Shown: piece after piece, positions 56,739 to 64,000 of the stretch
Layout: each line of letters starts with the position of its first letter
How positions within the stretch are numbered: position 1 is the first letter of the stretch
Assembly (NCBI GenBank): GCA_016286205.1
Contig: JAEESF010000009.1
Coordinates: 15,314 to 79,313, forward strand
Direction of reading: 5' to 3'
Source of the DNA: Paludibacteraceae bacterium
GTDB taxonomy: Bacteria > Bacteroidota > Bacteroidia > Bacteroidales > Paludibacteraceae
Length of the DNA: 64,000 bases
Notes under the pieces: generated by a model
What the model was told of the DNA's origin: nothing
Database searches by the model: none
Seen by the model: only the letters and a program-made list of their open reading frames with translations
Program-made: the position numbers and the translations under genes

Positions 56739-57218
56739 ATGCGTATCGGTTTCGGATATGACGTGCATCAATTTTCCCCTGACCGCAAATTGTGGTTAGG
56801 GGGAATTGTTGTGCCATCCGACAAAGGTCTATTGGGTCATTCGGATGCAGACGTAGCGATTCACGCCTTGTGTGATGCATTATTAGGTGCGGCCGCGATG
56901 CGTGATATCGGTTATCATTTCCCGGACACCAAAGGCAATGAATACGAAGGGATCGATTCGAAGATTCTGCTTCGCCGTGTGATGAAGATGATTCGCGAGG
57001 CGGGTTATGAATTAGGCAATTGTGACCTGACTATTTGTGCACAAGTACCTAAGTTGAACCCCTATATACCCGCCATGCAAGATTGTTTAGCCGAAGTGAT
57101 GGAGGTTCAACCCGGCCAGATTAACATCAAAGCAACAACCACCGAACACCTTGGTTTTGTAGGTCGCGAAGAAGGAATCGCGGCATACGCGGTAGTACTG
57201 ATCAACAGTACAAAATAG
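56739..57218 (+). CDS. ispF: 2-C-methyl-D-erythritol 2,4-cyclodiphosphate synthase
   Basis: 159 aa with RIGFGYDVHQF and GHSDADVAIHAL. Confidence 0.95.
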   Translation: MRIGFGYDVHQFSPDRKLWLGGIVVPSDKGLLGHSDADVAIHALCDALLGAAAMRDIGYHFPDTKGNEYEGIDSKILLRRVMKMIREAGYELGNCDLTICAQVPKLNPYIPAMQDCLAEVMEVQPGQINIKATTTEHLGFVGREEGIAAYAVVLINSTK

Positions 57219-57225
57219 TGGGACC

Positions 57226-57627
57226 ATGCGCAAAGCGGTTTTACATATTCTTCTTCTCTTTGCTCTTGCCGTATCTGCAGAGACAAATGCCATCAAGCAA
57301 TTTCTCGCCGATATAACTGCTATGGGCGGGCAAGTCACCATACAGGAAGAATACGGAGAGCAATATATACGGGCTCAAATAGCCGACAGCGCCACCATTG
57401 AGGTTTTTAATTGTCCAGACACCTTGTGCGACAAATGGTTTGTTATCATGACCGTTTGCGCCCCTCAATGTTCTTCTAGCGCGCGCGTATATAATAAAAT
57501 AGGAGAATACCTCTTTCCCCTGGAGCCAACTGTCACCTCTATTTTCCCATTAGCCACTATTGATAAGGAGACAGGCAAGATAACCTGGACCGACAACGAC
57601 ACATGGAGTTACCAATCTACCTTGTAG
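57226..57627 (+). CDS. Secreted hypothetical protein (133 aa)
   Basis: Signal peptide MRKAVLHILLLFALAVSA, four Cys, and a 25-nt overlap with aroK. Confidence 0.6.
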   Translation: MRKAVLHILLLFALAVSAETNAIKQFLADITAMGGQVTIQEEYGEQYIRAQIADSATIEVFNCPDTLCDKWFVIMTVCAPQCSSSARVYNKIGEYLFPLEPTVTSIFPLATIDKETGKITWTDNDTWSYQSTL

Positions 57628-58142
57628 GTTATATGGGTGCAGGCAAAACAACTGCCGGACGTATGCTAGCCGAAAAACTCGGTTGGCATTTTGTTGATTT
57701 GGACGAGGCCTTCCATGAGATATACGGCTACAGTACGGCTGAATATATTCGTCAGTACGGCCTCGAGGATTTTCGCAAGAAAGAGAAATACGTCGTAGAA
57801 GATTTGGCGGACCAGATTCCATTTGAGAAAGTTATCTATGCGACCGGTGGCGGTTATCCGTGTTGGGAAGATAATATGGAATGTTTGCGCGAATTAGGCA
57901 CCAGTATCTATATTCGATGGAAGCCCGAACATCTGGCAAAACGCCTAAGTCTGACCGATTTAAGCGAGCGCCCGGTACTACAAGGCCGTACAGAAGAAGA
58001 ACTACTGGAGTTCATTGCTCCGCAACTGGAGGCACGCGAACCATTCTACAATCAAGCGCACTACACGATAGATGTGACCGAATGTGACGAACAATCGGAC
58101 GAACGCATCGCGGAAGCGCTATTCCAACTAATTAAGCAGTAA
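57603..58142 (+). CDS. aroK: Shikimate kinase
   Basis: 179 aa with GYMGAGKTT Walker A and the DLDE and GGG motifs. Confidence 0.9.
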   Translation: MELPIYLVGYMGAGKTTAGRMLAEKLGWHFVDLDEAFHEIYGYSTAEYIRQYGLEDFRKKEKYVVEDLADQIPFEKVIYATGGGYPCWEDNMECLRELGTSIYIRWKPEHLAKRLSLTDLSERPVLQGRTEEELLEFIAPQLEAREPFYNQAHYTIDVTECDEQSDERIAEALFQLIKQ

Positions 58143-58545
58143 GTGCAAGTGCGTAGAGCCGCATTTGCTTGAGCATAGCTGCCACACCATTGCTACGTGT
58201 GGGGCTCAGATGCTCGCGAAGTTGAATCTCGTCGATGAAGTATAGGTCTGCATCGACGATTTCTTTTGGTGTATGATTGCTCAAGACATGAATGAGAAGC
58301 GCCACAATACCCTTGACCAATATGGCATCTGAATCGCCCGTATAGATAATCTTGCCATCTACCAGTTTCGCGGTAAACCATACTTGCGATTGGCAGCCAT
58401 CTATCAGGTTCTGAGCATTCTTGTCTTCCTCTGGCATAGGCGCGAGGCCTTTTCCGTAATCGACGAGCAGTTCGTAACGCTCCATCCAATCGTCAAAAGC
58501 GCTGAACTCTTCGATTATCTCGTCCTGTATCTCGTTGATACTCAT
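58132..58545 (-). CDS. sufE: SufE family cysteine desulfuration protein
   Basis: 137 aa with IDGCQSQVWF (active-site Cys context). Confidence 0.88.
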   Translation of the reverse strand: MSINEIQDEIIEEFSAFDDWMERYELLVDYGKGLAPMPEEDKNAQNLIDGCQSQVWFTAKLVDGKIIYTGDSDAILVKGIVALLIHVLSNHTPKEIVDADLYFIDEIQLREHLSPTRSNGVAAMLKQMRLYALALTA

Positions 58546-59204
58546 TCCTTTATCTCTCCGTTATCGAAAACCCAATGACGTCCGGGATAGAGTTCCGGCC
58601 AATGGGTATTATGAGTGGACATGAGAACTGTGATTCCCGCCTGACTGATGGAATAAAGCAAGTCCATAATCTCGCGTCCGGTCTCGGAATCCAGATTGCC
58701 CGTAGGTTCGTCGGCAAGAATCATTTCCGGGGAATTGAGCAATGCACGCGCAATAACGACACGTTGTTGTTCTCCACCCGACAATTCGTACGGACGTTTG
58801 TAGGCTTTGGTCTCCATACCCACTTGCTCCAACACTTCGCGGACATGGTTGCGCATCAACTCTTTGTCCTTCCAACCAGTGGCACGCAAGACGAAGAGCA
58901 GATTGTCTTCTACCGACCTGTCTGTCAGCAATTTATAATCCTGGAAGATGATTCCTAAACGACGACGCAGATACGGCAATTTGCGACGACGAATATGCAT
59001 CATATCGTAGTCGAGCACTTGTGCTTCACCGGATACGATAGGCAGGGCGCCATAGATGGTCTTCATGAGCGAAGATTTGCCACTACCTACTTTGCCGAGC
59101 AAGTAAATCATCTCGCCGCTTTGTACGGTCAGATTGACATCGTGCAACACAATCTGATCGGCCTGACGAACCTCAACGTCCTTATATACAATCAGTTCGC
59201 TCAT
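58542..59204 (-). CDS. ftsE: Cell division ATP-binding protein FtsE (ABC ATPase)
   Basis: 220 aa with [23 protein letters not shown] and [11 protein letters not shown]. Confidence 0.85.
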   Translation of the reverse strand: MSELIVYKDVEVRQADQIVLHDVNLTVQSGEMIYLLGKVGSGKSSLMKTIYGALPIVSGEAQVLDYDMMHIRRRKLPYLRRRLGIIFQDYKLLTDRSVEDNLLFVLRATGWKDKELMRNHVREVLEQVGMETKAYKRPYELSGGEQQRVVIARALLNSPEMILADEPTGNLDSETGREIMDLLYSISQAGITVLMSTHNTHWPELYPGRHWVFDNGEIKE

Positions 59205-60682
59205 TCGTCTTCCTCCTTCATTTTCTGCTCTACTTCAGCCAGTTTAGCTTTGAGTGCGTCTATCTTGCTTTGCATGGAATCAACCAGTTTGTTGGCCGTC
59301 TTAGACTTAGCTGTGAAGAAGAGAATATTGTTCTCTGCCACCTTGATTTCCTGGCGCAGATTCTCGCGCAGACGATAGAGGTTGTCGCCACCGGTCTTAA
59401 CCGCTTTCTCGAATTTGGATTTGCGGCTCTCTGCACGCGATTCCTTAGCAGCCTCGCGCTTGGCGTTGAAGAACGTATCGCAAGCGGTAGTAAACTGATT
59501 CCAGAGGTCGTCGGAATACTTACGTGCAACCGGTCCGATGGTTTTCCACTCTGTTTGCAGCGCGCGGATAGCATCGGCCGTATTGTTCCAATCCTTGCTT
59601 TCTGCCAATTCGCGTGCACGCTCCACCAAGTCGCGTTTCTTAGCTAGATTGGCGCTCAGTTCGTCGCGCAAGCCTTTGAAGTGAGCCGTTTTAGCCTTGT
59701 AGAAATCGTTGCAAAGCGTACGATATTCTTCGTAGATAGACTGGTTGAATTTCTTCGGAGCGAAACCTATCTTGCGCCACTCTTCCTGCAGGGCTTGCAC
59801 TTGTTCGGAAGCGGCCTCCCACTGTTTAGCACTCAAGTTCTGACCTTCAGCCAAAGGCTGACAGATAGTTTTTAGTTGCTCTATAATGGCCTGTTTGGCC
59901 TCCAGATTCTCTTTCTCCTTCGCATGGAGTTTATCAAAGTACTCTTGGTGCTTTTTGTTGATAGCAGAAGAGGCTGTTTTGAATCGTTCCCAAAGCCCTT
60001 CGCGCAGCTCTCTAGCCACTGGTCCAATCTCCGCCCACTCCTCGTGAAGTTGCTGCAGAGCGCGGCTAGCTTCTAGAATATTATCATTGTTTTGCAGGCG
60101 TTCGGCTGCTTCGCAGAGAAGCGTCTTGGCCTCCAGATTTTTCTTGAAATCCAAGTCGCGCAACTCGATATTGATTTTCACCAAATCGTAGAACTGCTCC
60201 TGGTATTGCTGATAGGCTTTGCGCAATTCTTGCACCTTCTCTACCGGTACAGGTCCGATCGTCTTCCACTCAGCCTGCAGTTCGCGCATACGCTTGAGAT
60301 TGTCCATGACGTCCGCTGTCTCGGCTTCTGCGAGCGTCTTCATTACGTCCAAGATGGCCTGTTTTTTCTTCAGGTTCTCAGCTTGCTCCTTGGCCTGTAG
60401 CGCAGCCACTTCGGCACGCTTAGCCTTATACTCGTTGAGCAAAGCTTTGAATTGCTCTTCTAGAGCATCCACTTTTGGCTGAACAGCATCCACGACCGAA
60501 TCAGCGGCCTCCGAAATGGAATCTGTCGCTTCGTTCACAGCATTCTTCGCCGCTTCGATCTCTTCGTGATACTCGCGGTAGAACTGAGTTTTCAGGTGTT
60601 CTACTTGGTCTTTAACGGCCGTTACATCTTCGTTCAACAGAGCCTTGAGGTCCTCAATCAGTTTTTCTCTTGCGCTTGCCAT
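59201..60682 (-). CDS. DUF349 repeat protein
   Basis: 493 aa, all-helical, with at least 4 repeats of the EW(K/A/R)xIG(P/F) motif (AEWKTIGPVP, EEWAEIGPVA, EEWRKIGFAP, TEWKTIGPVA). Confidence 0.85.
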   Translation of the reverse strand: MASAREKLIEDLKALLNEDVTAVKDQVEHLKTQFYREYHEEIEAAKNAVNEATDSISEAADSVVDAVQPKVDALEEQFKALLNEYKAKRAEVAALQAKEQAENLKKKQAILDVMKTLAEAETADVMDNLKRMRELQAEWKTIGPVPVEKVQELRKAYQQYQEQFYDLVKINIELRDLDFKKNLEAKTLLCEAAERLQNNDNILEASRALQQLHEEWAEIGPVARELREGLWERFKTASSAINKKHQEYFDKLHAKEKENLEAKQAIIEQLKTICQPLAEGQNLSAKQWEAASEQVQALQEEWRKIGFAPKKFNQSIYEEYRTLCNDFYKAKTAHFKGLRDELSANLAKKRDLVERARELAESKDWNNTADAIRALQTEWKTIGPVARKYSDDLWNQFTTACDTFFNAKREAAKESRAESRKSKFEKAVKTGGDNLYRLRENLRQEIKVAENNILFFTAKSKTANKLVDSMQSKIDALKAKLAEVEQKMKEEDE

Positions 60683-60707
60683 AAATCAAAATTTTACTTT
60701 TCAGCCT

Positions 60708-60745
60708 GCAAAGATACAACAAATTTTGCATTTATGCAAATTTTT
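60708..60745 (-). promoter_or_regulatory. Promoter for the DUF349-ftsE-sufE operon (-7 TATCTTTG)
   Basis: The reverse complement reads tttgcataaatgcaaaatttgttgTATCTTTGcagg. Confidence 0.6.
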
Positions 60746-60760
60746 CGACGAAAAAAAAGA

Positions 60761-60983
60761 GGAGTGTGCTCGATAATGTCTCGTGATTGTCTCGTGAACG
60801 TCTCGAGCACTCCAGGTGATTGTCTCGTGATTGTCTCGTAATTGTCTCGGTAGTAAATCGGGGATATATACGCAGTATATATAAATATGCAGTTTTTGAC
60901 AAGGCATTTTTATGCAGAAAACTTGATTTTTATGTTTTTTACATAAAAACTTGCATATATCAAAAAAAAGCATTACTTTTGCA
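60761..60983 (+). repeat. Dispersed ~220-bp composite intergenic element, copy B
   Basis: Same order of modules as 27030..27243. Hairpin ggagtgtgctcga...tcgagcactcc enclosing gtctcgtga units; 3 further attgtctcgtg units; ATATATAC-gca-GTATATAT palindrome; tatgcag direct repeats; promoter cassette. Confidence 0.9.
60950..60981 (+). promoter_or_regulatory. Promoter cassette for prfB (-33 TTGCAT, -7 TACTTTTG)
   Basis: The sequence is cTTGcatatatcaaaaaaaagcatTACTTTTGca. Confidence 0.7.
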
Positions 60984-61013
60984 CTCGAATTTATATTGGC
61001 GAATTATAGGCTT

Positions 61014-62120
61014 ATGATAACGATAGAACAACTAAAAGACATTCAACAACGCGCGGAGAAGCTGAAAGCTTACTTACAGATTGATGAGAAACGCATTCAA
61101 CTGGAGGAGGAAGAACTGCATACTCAGGCACCGGGATTCTGGGACGATGCCAAAGCTGCCGAAGCACAGATGCGCAAGGTGAAAGGCATCAAGCGATGGA
61201 TAGAAGGTTACGAAGGCGTACGTTCGGCCGTGGAAGAACTGGCATTGGCATTCGATTACTATAAAGAAGAGCTAGTGACCGAAGAAGAAGTGGATGCCGC
61301 TTATGCAAAAGCGCTTCAGGAAGTGGAAGATCTGGAGATGAAGAACATGCTGAGCCATGAGGAAGACCAGATGCCTGCCGTGCTGAAGATAGTGGCCGGC
61401 GCGGGCGGAACAGAGGCGCAAGACTGGGCAGAACAACTGATGCGAATGTATCAGCGTTATTGCGAGAAGCACGATTACACCGTGACAATCGCCAACCTGC
61501 AAGAAGGTGATGAAGCAGGCATCAAGACCGTGACATTCAACATAGAAGGCGATATGGCCTACGGTTATCTGAAGAGCGAAAACGGCGTACATCGCTTGGT
61601 GCGCGTGAGCCCATACAACGCGCAAGGCAAGCGCATGACATCGTTCGCGTCGGTGTTCGTTGTGCCGCTGATTGACGATACGATTGAGGTGGAAGTCAAT
61701 CCCGCAGGACTGAGTTGGGACACGTTCCGCAGTTCCGGAGCTGGTGGTCAGAACGTCAACAAAGTGGAATCGGGCGTGCGTCTGCACTACAAATTTATCA
61801 ATCCGCTGACTAATCAGCCAGATGAGATAGTGATTGAGAACACCGAGACACGCGACCAGCCAAAGAACCGAGAGAACGCGTTGCGTCACTTGCGTTCACA
61901 ACTCTATGAGTTGGAACTGGAGAAACGCCGCCAGGCACAAGCCAAAGTGGAAGCGGGAAAGAAAAAGATAGAATGGGGCTCGCAGATTCGCAGCTACGTG
62001 TTCGATGACCGACGCGTGAAAGACCATCGTACCAACTACCAGACGAGTAATGTCAATGCCGTTATGGATGGCGATATTGATGCGTTTATAAAAGCCTATT
62101 TGATGGAGTTTCCGGAGTAA
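61014..62120 (+). CDS. prfB: Peptide chain release factor 2 (single uninterrupted frame)
   Basis: I chose the start at MITIEQLKDIQQRAEKL. It has the GGQ loop SGAGGQNVNKVESGVRLHY and RLVRVSPYNAQGKRMTSFASV at the RF2 SPF position. The track ORF start at 60951 lies in the promoter. Confidence 0.9.
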   Translation: MITIEQLKDIQQRAEKLKAYLQIDEKRIQLEEEELHTQAPGFWDDAKAAEAQMRKVKGIKRWIEGYEGVRSAVEELALAFDYYKEELVTEEEVDAAYAKALQEVEDLEMKNMLSHEEDQMPAVLKIVAGAGGTEAQDWAEQLMRMYQRYCEKHDYTVTIANLQEGDEAGIKTVTFNIEGDMAYGYLKSENGVHRLVRVSPYNAQGKRMTSFASVFVVPLIDDTIEVEVNPAGLSWDTFRSSGAGGQNVNKVESGVRLHYKFINPLTNQPDEIVIENTETRDQPKNRENALRHLRSQLYELELEKRRQAQAKVEAGKKKIEWGSQIRSYVFDDRRVKDHRTNYQTSNVNAVMDGDIDAFIKAYLMEFPE

Positions 62121-62132
62121 AAATTACGAATT

Positions 62133-63347
62133 ATGAGAAAAGCATTATTGATAGTAGCCGCATTGGCGGCAAGTCTCAGCGCCTTTGCGCAGACAGACAG
62201 CACAGAAGTTAAGAAAGATAGCGTAGAAGAAGGTTGGCAGTTCACCACGGTGGACAGTGTGGCCATTACGCGTGTGAAAGACCAACACCGCAGCGGAACT
62301 TGTTGGGCATTTTCGACACTGGGTTTTCTTGAGTCAGAGGTATTGCGCATCAAGGGCAAAGAAGTGGAACTGGCTCCGATGTTCGTGGTTAGCAAGACGA
62401 TGATGGACCGCGCAACTTATTGCGTGCGTCTGTACAACGAGCCTAGATTTGCAGAGGGAGGTTCGGCTTACGATGTTATCTATTGCATGCAACACTACGG
62501 ACTTGTTCCGAAAAGTGCGATGCCAGGTATTCGTTACGGTTGGACCGAAGCCGATACCCTACCCGTTTTCAGCGAGCTAAGTGCCGTAGCAAGCGGTTAT
62601 TTGAGCGGGTTGAAGAAACAGAAGAAACTTTCGCCCGTATGGCGTGAAGGATTTCAGGCTATTTATGACACCTATCTCGGTCCATGTCCGGAAGAATTTG
62701 AATATGAAGGCAAAAAATACACGCCGCAATCGTTCGTTCAGATGCTAGGTTTGAACGCGGATGACTACGTGTCAATCACGAGTTATACCCATCACCCGTT
62801 CTACGAGCGTTTTGCGTTGGAGGTGCCAGACAACTGGCGCATGGACCAGATGTACAATGTGCCGATGGAGGATTTGATGCGCATCATCGACAACGCCATT
62901 GCCAACGGTTACACACTGGCATGGGGTGCGGACGTGTCGGAGATAGGTTTTACCCGTAAAGGAATAGGTGTCGTACCTGACGCAGACAATGGCGCAGACC
63001 TGACAGGAAGCGATATGCAGAAATGGGTTGGTATGACCAAAGACAAGCAGAAAGAAGAACTGACCAAACGTCCTTTACCAGAAAAAACTATCACCCAACA
63101 GATGCGTCAAGACGCGTACGACAATTGGGAAACGACCGATGACCATGGTATGCAGATTTTCGGCACCGCCAAGGACCAAAATGGAAAACGCTATTATATG
63201 GTGAAGAACTCGTGGGGCACGATGCGTTCGGACTACAAGGGTATTTGGTACATCAGTGAGGCCTTTATGCAATACAAAACCAACGATGTACTGGTTCACA
63301 AGAATGCTATACCGAAAGATATCAAGAAGAAACTGGGCATCAAATGA
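62133..63347 (+). CDS. pepC: Aminopeptidase C / bleomycin-hydrolase-like C1 cysteine peptidase with signal peptide
   Basis: 404 aa with MRKALLIVAALAASLSAFAQ, the catalytic QHRSGTCWAFS, and later DDHGMQIFG and VKNSWG. Confidence 0.85.
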   Translation: MRKALLIVAALAASLSAFAQTDSTEVKKDSVEEGWQFTTVDSVAITRVKDQHRSGTCWAFSTLGFLESEVLRIKGKEVELAPMFVVSKTMMDRATYCVRLYNEPRFAEGGSAYDVIYCMQHYGLVPKSAMPGIRYGWTEADTLPVFSELSAVASGYLSGLKKQKKLSPVWREGFQAIYDTYLGPCPEEFEYEGKKYTPQSFVQMLGLNADDYVSITSYTHHPFYERFALEVPDNWRMDQMYNVPMEDLMRIIDNAIANGYTLAWGADVSEIGFTRKGIGVVPDADNGADLTGSDMQKWVGMTKDKQKEELTKRPLPEKTITQQMRQDAYDNWETTDDHGMQIFGTAKDQNGKRYYMVKNSWGTMRSDYKGIWYISEAFMQYKTNDVLVHKNAIPKDIKKKLGIK

Positions 63348-63715
63348 CCATCAAAGAACCGACACAGGGCGTATACAAGGATAGAGGCAGCAAATTCCTC
63401 GCTTTTGCCGAACCCATCACAGATGAGGAGCAGGCCAAAGCACGCATAGCGTGGTACAAAAAGAAATACCACGATGCGCGTCATGTATGCTATGCCTATC
63501 GGTTGGGACAAGACCTATGGCGGACTAAAGATGATGGCGAGCCGCACGGCACAGCAGGTCTGCCTATTTTGCGTTCGATAGATGCCAAGAATCTAGACCA
63601 GATTCTAGTGGTAGTAGTGCGGTATTTCGGCGGCACACTGCTTGGCACAGGCGGACTGATGGTCGCGTATCGTGAGGCTAGCAAAGATGCATTAGAAAAG
63701 GCAACTATAGTATGA
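63344..63715 (+). CDS. YigZ/IMPACT family protein, N-terminal (UPF0029) domain only
   Basis: 123 aa with DRGSKFLAFAEPI, HVCYAYRLG and DDGEPHGTAGLPIL. It lacks the usual C-terminal DUF1949 domain. Confidence 0.8.
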   Translation: MTIKEPTQGVYKDRGSKFLAFAEPITDEEQAKARIAWYKKKYHDARHVCYAYRLGQDLWRTKDDGEPHGTAGLPILRSIDAKNLDQILVVVVRYFGGTLLGTGGLMVAYREASKDALEKATIV

Positions 63716-64000
63716 AAGAAGATTTCTCGGACATACGGGCTTACCGCGTAGGAGCCATTTTGACCGTAGGAGACTGGCTGACCGTCTTTCCCTACATGAA
63801 ATATCTGGAGAAGAAAACGACAGATAGTCTTCGTCTAGATTATCTGGGCGACCGCAAACAGATAGAACAAGACATCAAACACGGTGCCTTCTTCATCACC
63901 AACCACCGTGACATCGTCATGGATGCAGCGTGGCTGTCGTTTTTGCTACGCAAGCGCTATTTTATTCGTCCATTCATGGGCATTGGCGATAACCTGTTTG
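63712..64000 (+). CDS. Acyltransferase (PlsC-like, HX4D motif), N-terminal fragment running off the window
   Basis: My own translation from the ATG at 63712 (ATGA overlap) reads MKEDFSDIRAYRVGAILTVGDWL...FFITNHRDIVMDAAWLSF. It is not in the ORF track because the frame is open at the window end. Confidence 0.65.
   Translation, partial: MKEDFSDIRAYRVGAILTVGDWLTVFPYMKYLEKKTTDSLRLDYLGDRKQIEQDIKHGAFFITNHRDIVMDAAWLSFLLRKRYFIRPFMGIGDNLF

Noticed and set aside
60951-61013. Upstream Met extensions of prfB (60951), the OMP gene (27146), the PagL-like gene (42657), the lptD-like gene (46604), the slyD-like gene (49468) and the small secreted protein (33594)
   Set aside because: Each extension overlaps a promoter cassette or an antisense gene. 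Each also precedes an internal Met followed by a proper signal peptide or a conserved N-terminus.
61014-61110. Programmed +1 frameshift site in prfB
   Set aside because: There is no in-frame UGA and no frame change. The N-terminal domain is continuous with the body of RF2. The absence is noted as an observation rather than as a feature.

Overview
This is a Bacteroidota (Bacteroidales-like) chromosomal segment. The taxon call rests on TTG/TAnnTTTG promoters, the T9SS genes porU/porV and a plug-like DUF5103 gene, and CarboxypepD_reg-type TonB receptors. I count about 60 protein genes, mostly housekeeping: gdhA (partial), lysS, gpsA, pgi, queH, alaS, pdxA, valS, rsmE, prfA, folD, ffh, slyD-like, der, ispF, aroK, sufE, ftsE, prfB, pepC. 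There is one tRNA-Thr(CGU). I found no rRNA, CRISPR array, transposase or integrase.

Main things worth a second look:
- **Low-GC island (about 38.86-42.71 kb, between ffh and a PagL-like gene).** It holds three minus-strand transcription units. One starts with a ~0.5 kb untranslated leader whose GC-rich, helix-dense ~300-nt core can form mutually exclusive pairings. That leader sits upstream of two paralogous small ORFs. I could not match it to any RNA family from memory.
- **Envelope-spanning VTC / DUF4956 / beta-helix lipoprotein / beta-barrel operon (7.7-12.0 kb).**
- **Tandem TonB-dependent receptors**, one carrying an HEHEHEHDEHCHH tract.
- **A duplicated tRNA-Thr 3-prime end**, which looks like an att-type scar.
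- **Dispersed non-coding repeats.** A ~220-bp composite element occurs twice (27.0 and 60.8 kb) with a relative at 6.8 kb. Short-period (7-11 bp) tandem repeats sit at several gene boundaries. A nearly invariant ~32-bp promoter cassette recurs at 10 or more loci.

Functional names come from motifs I recognise in the translations. No database search was possible.
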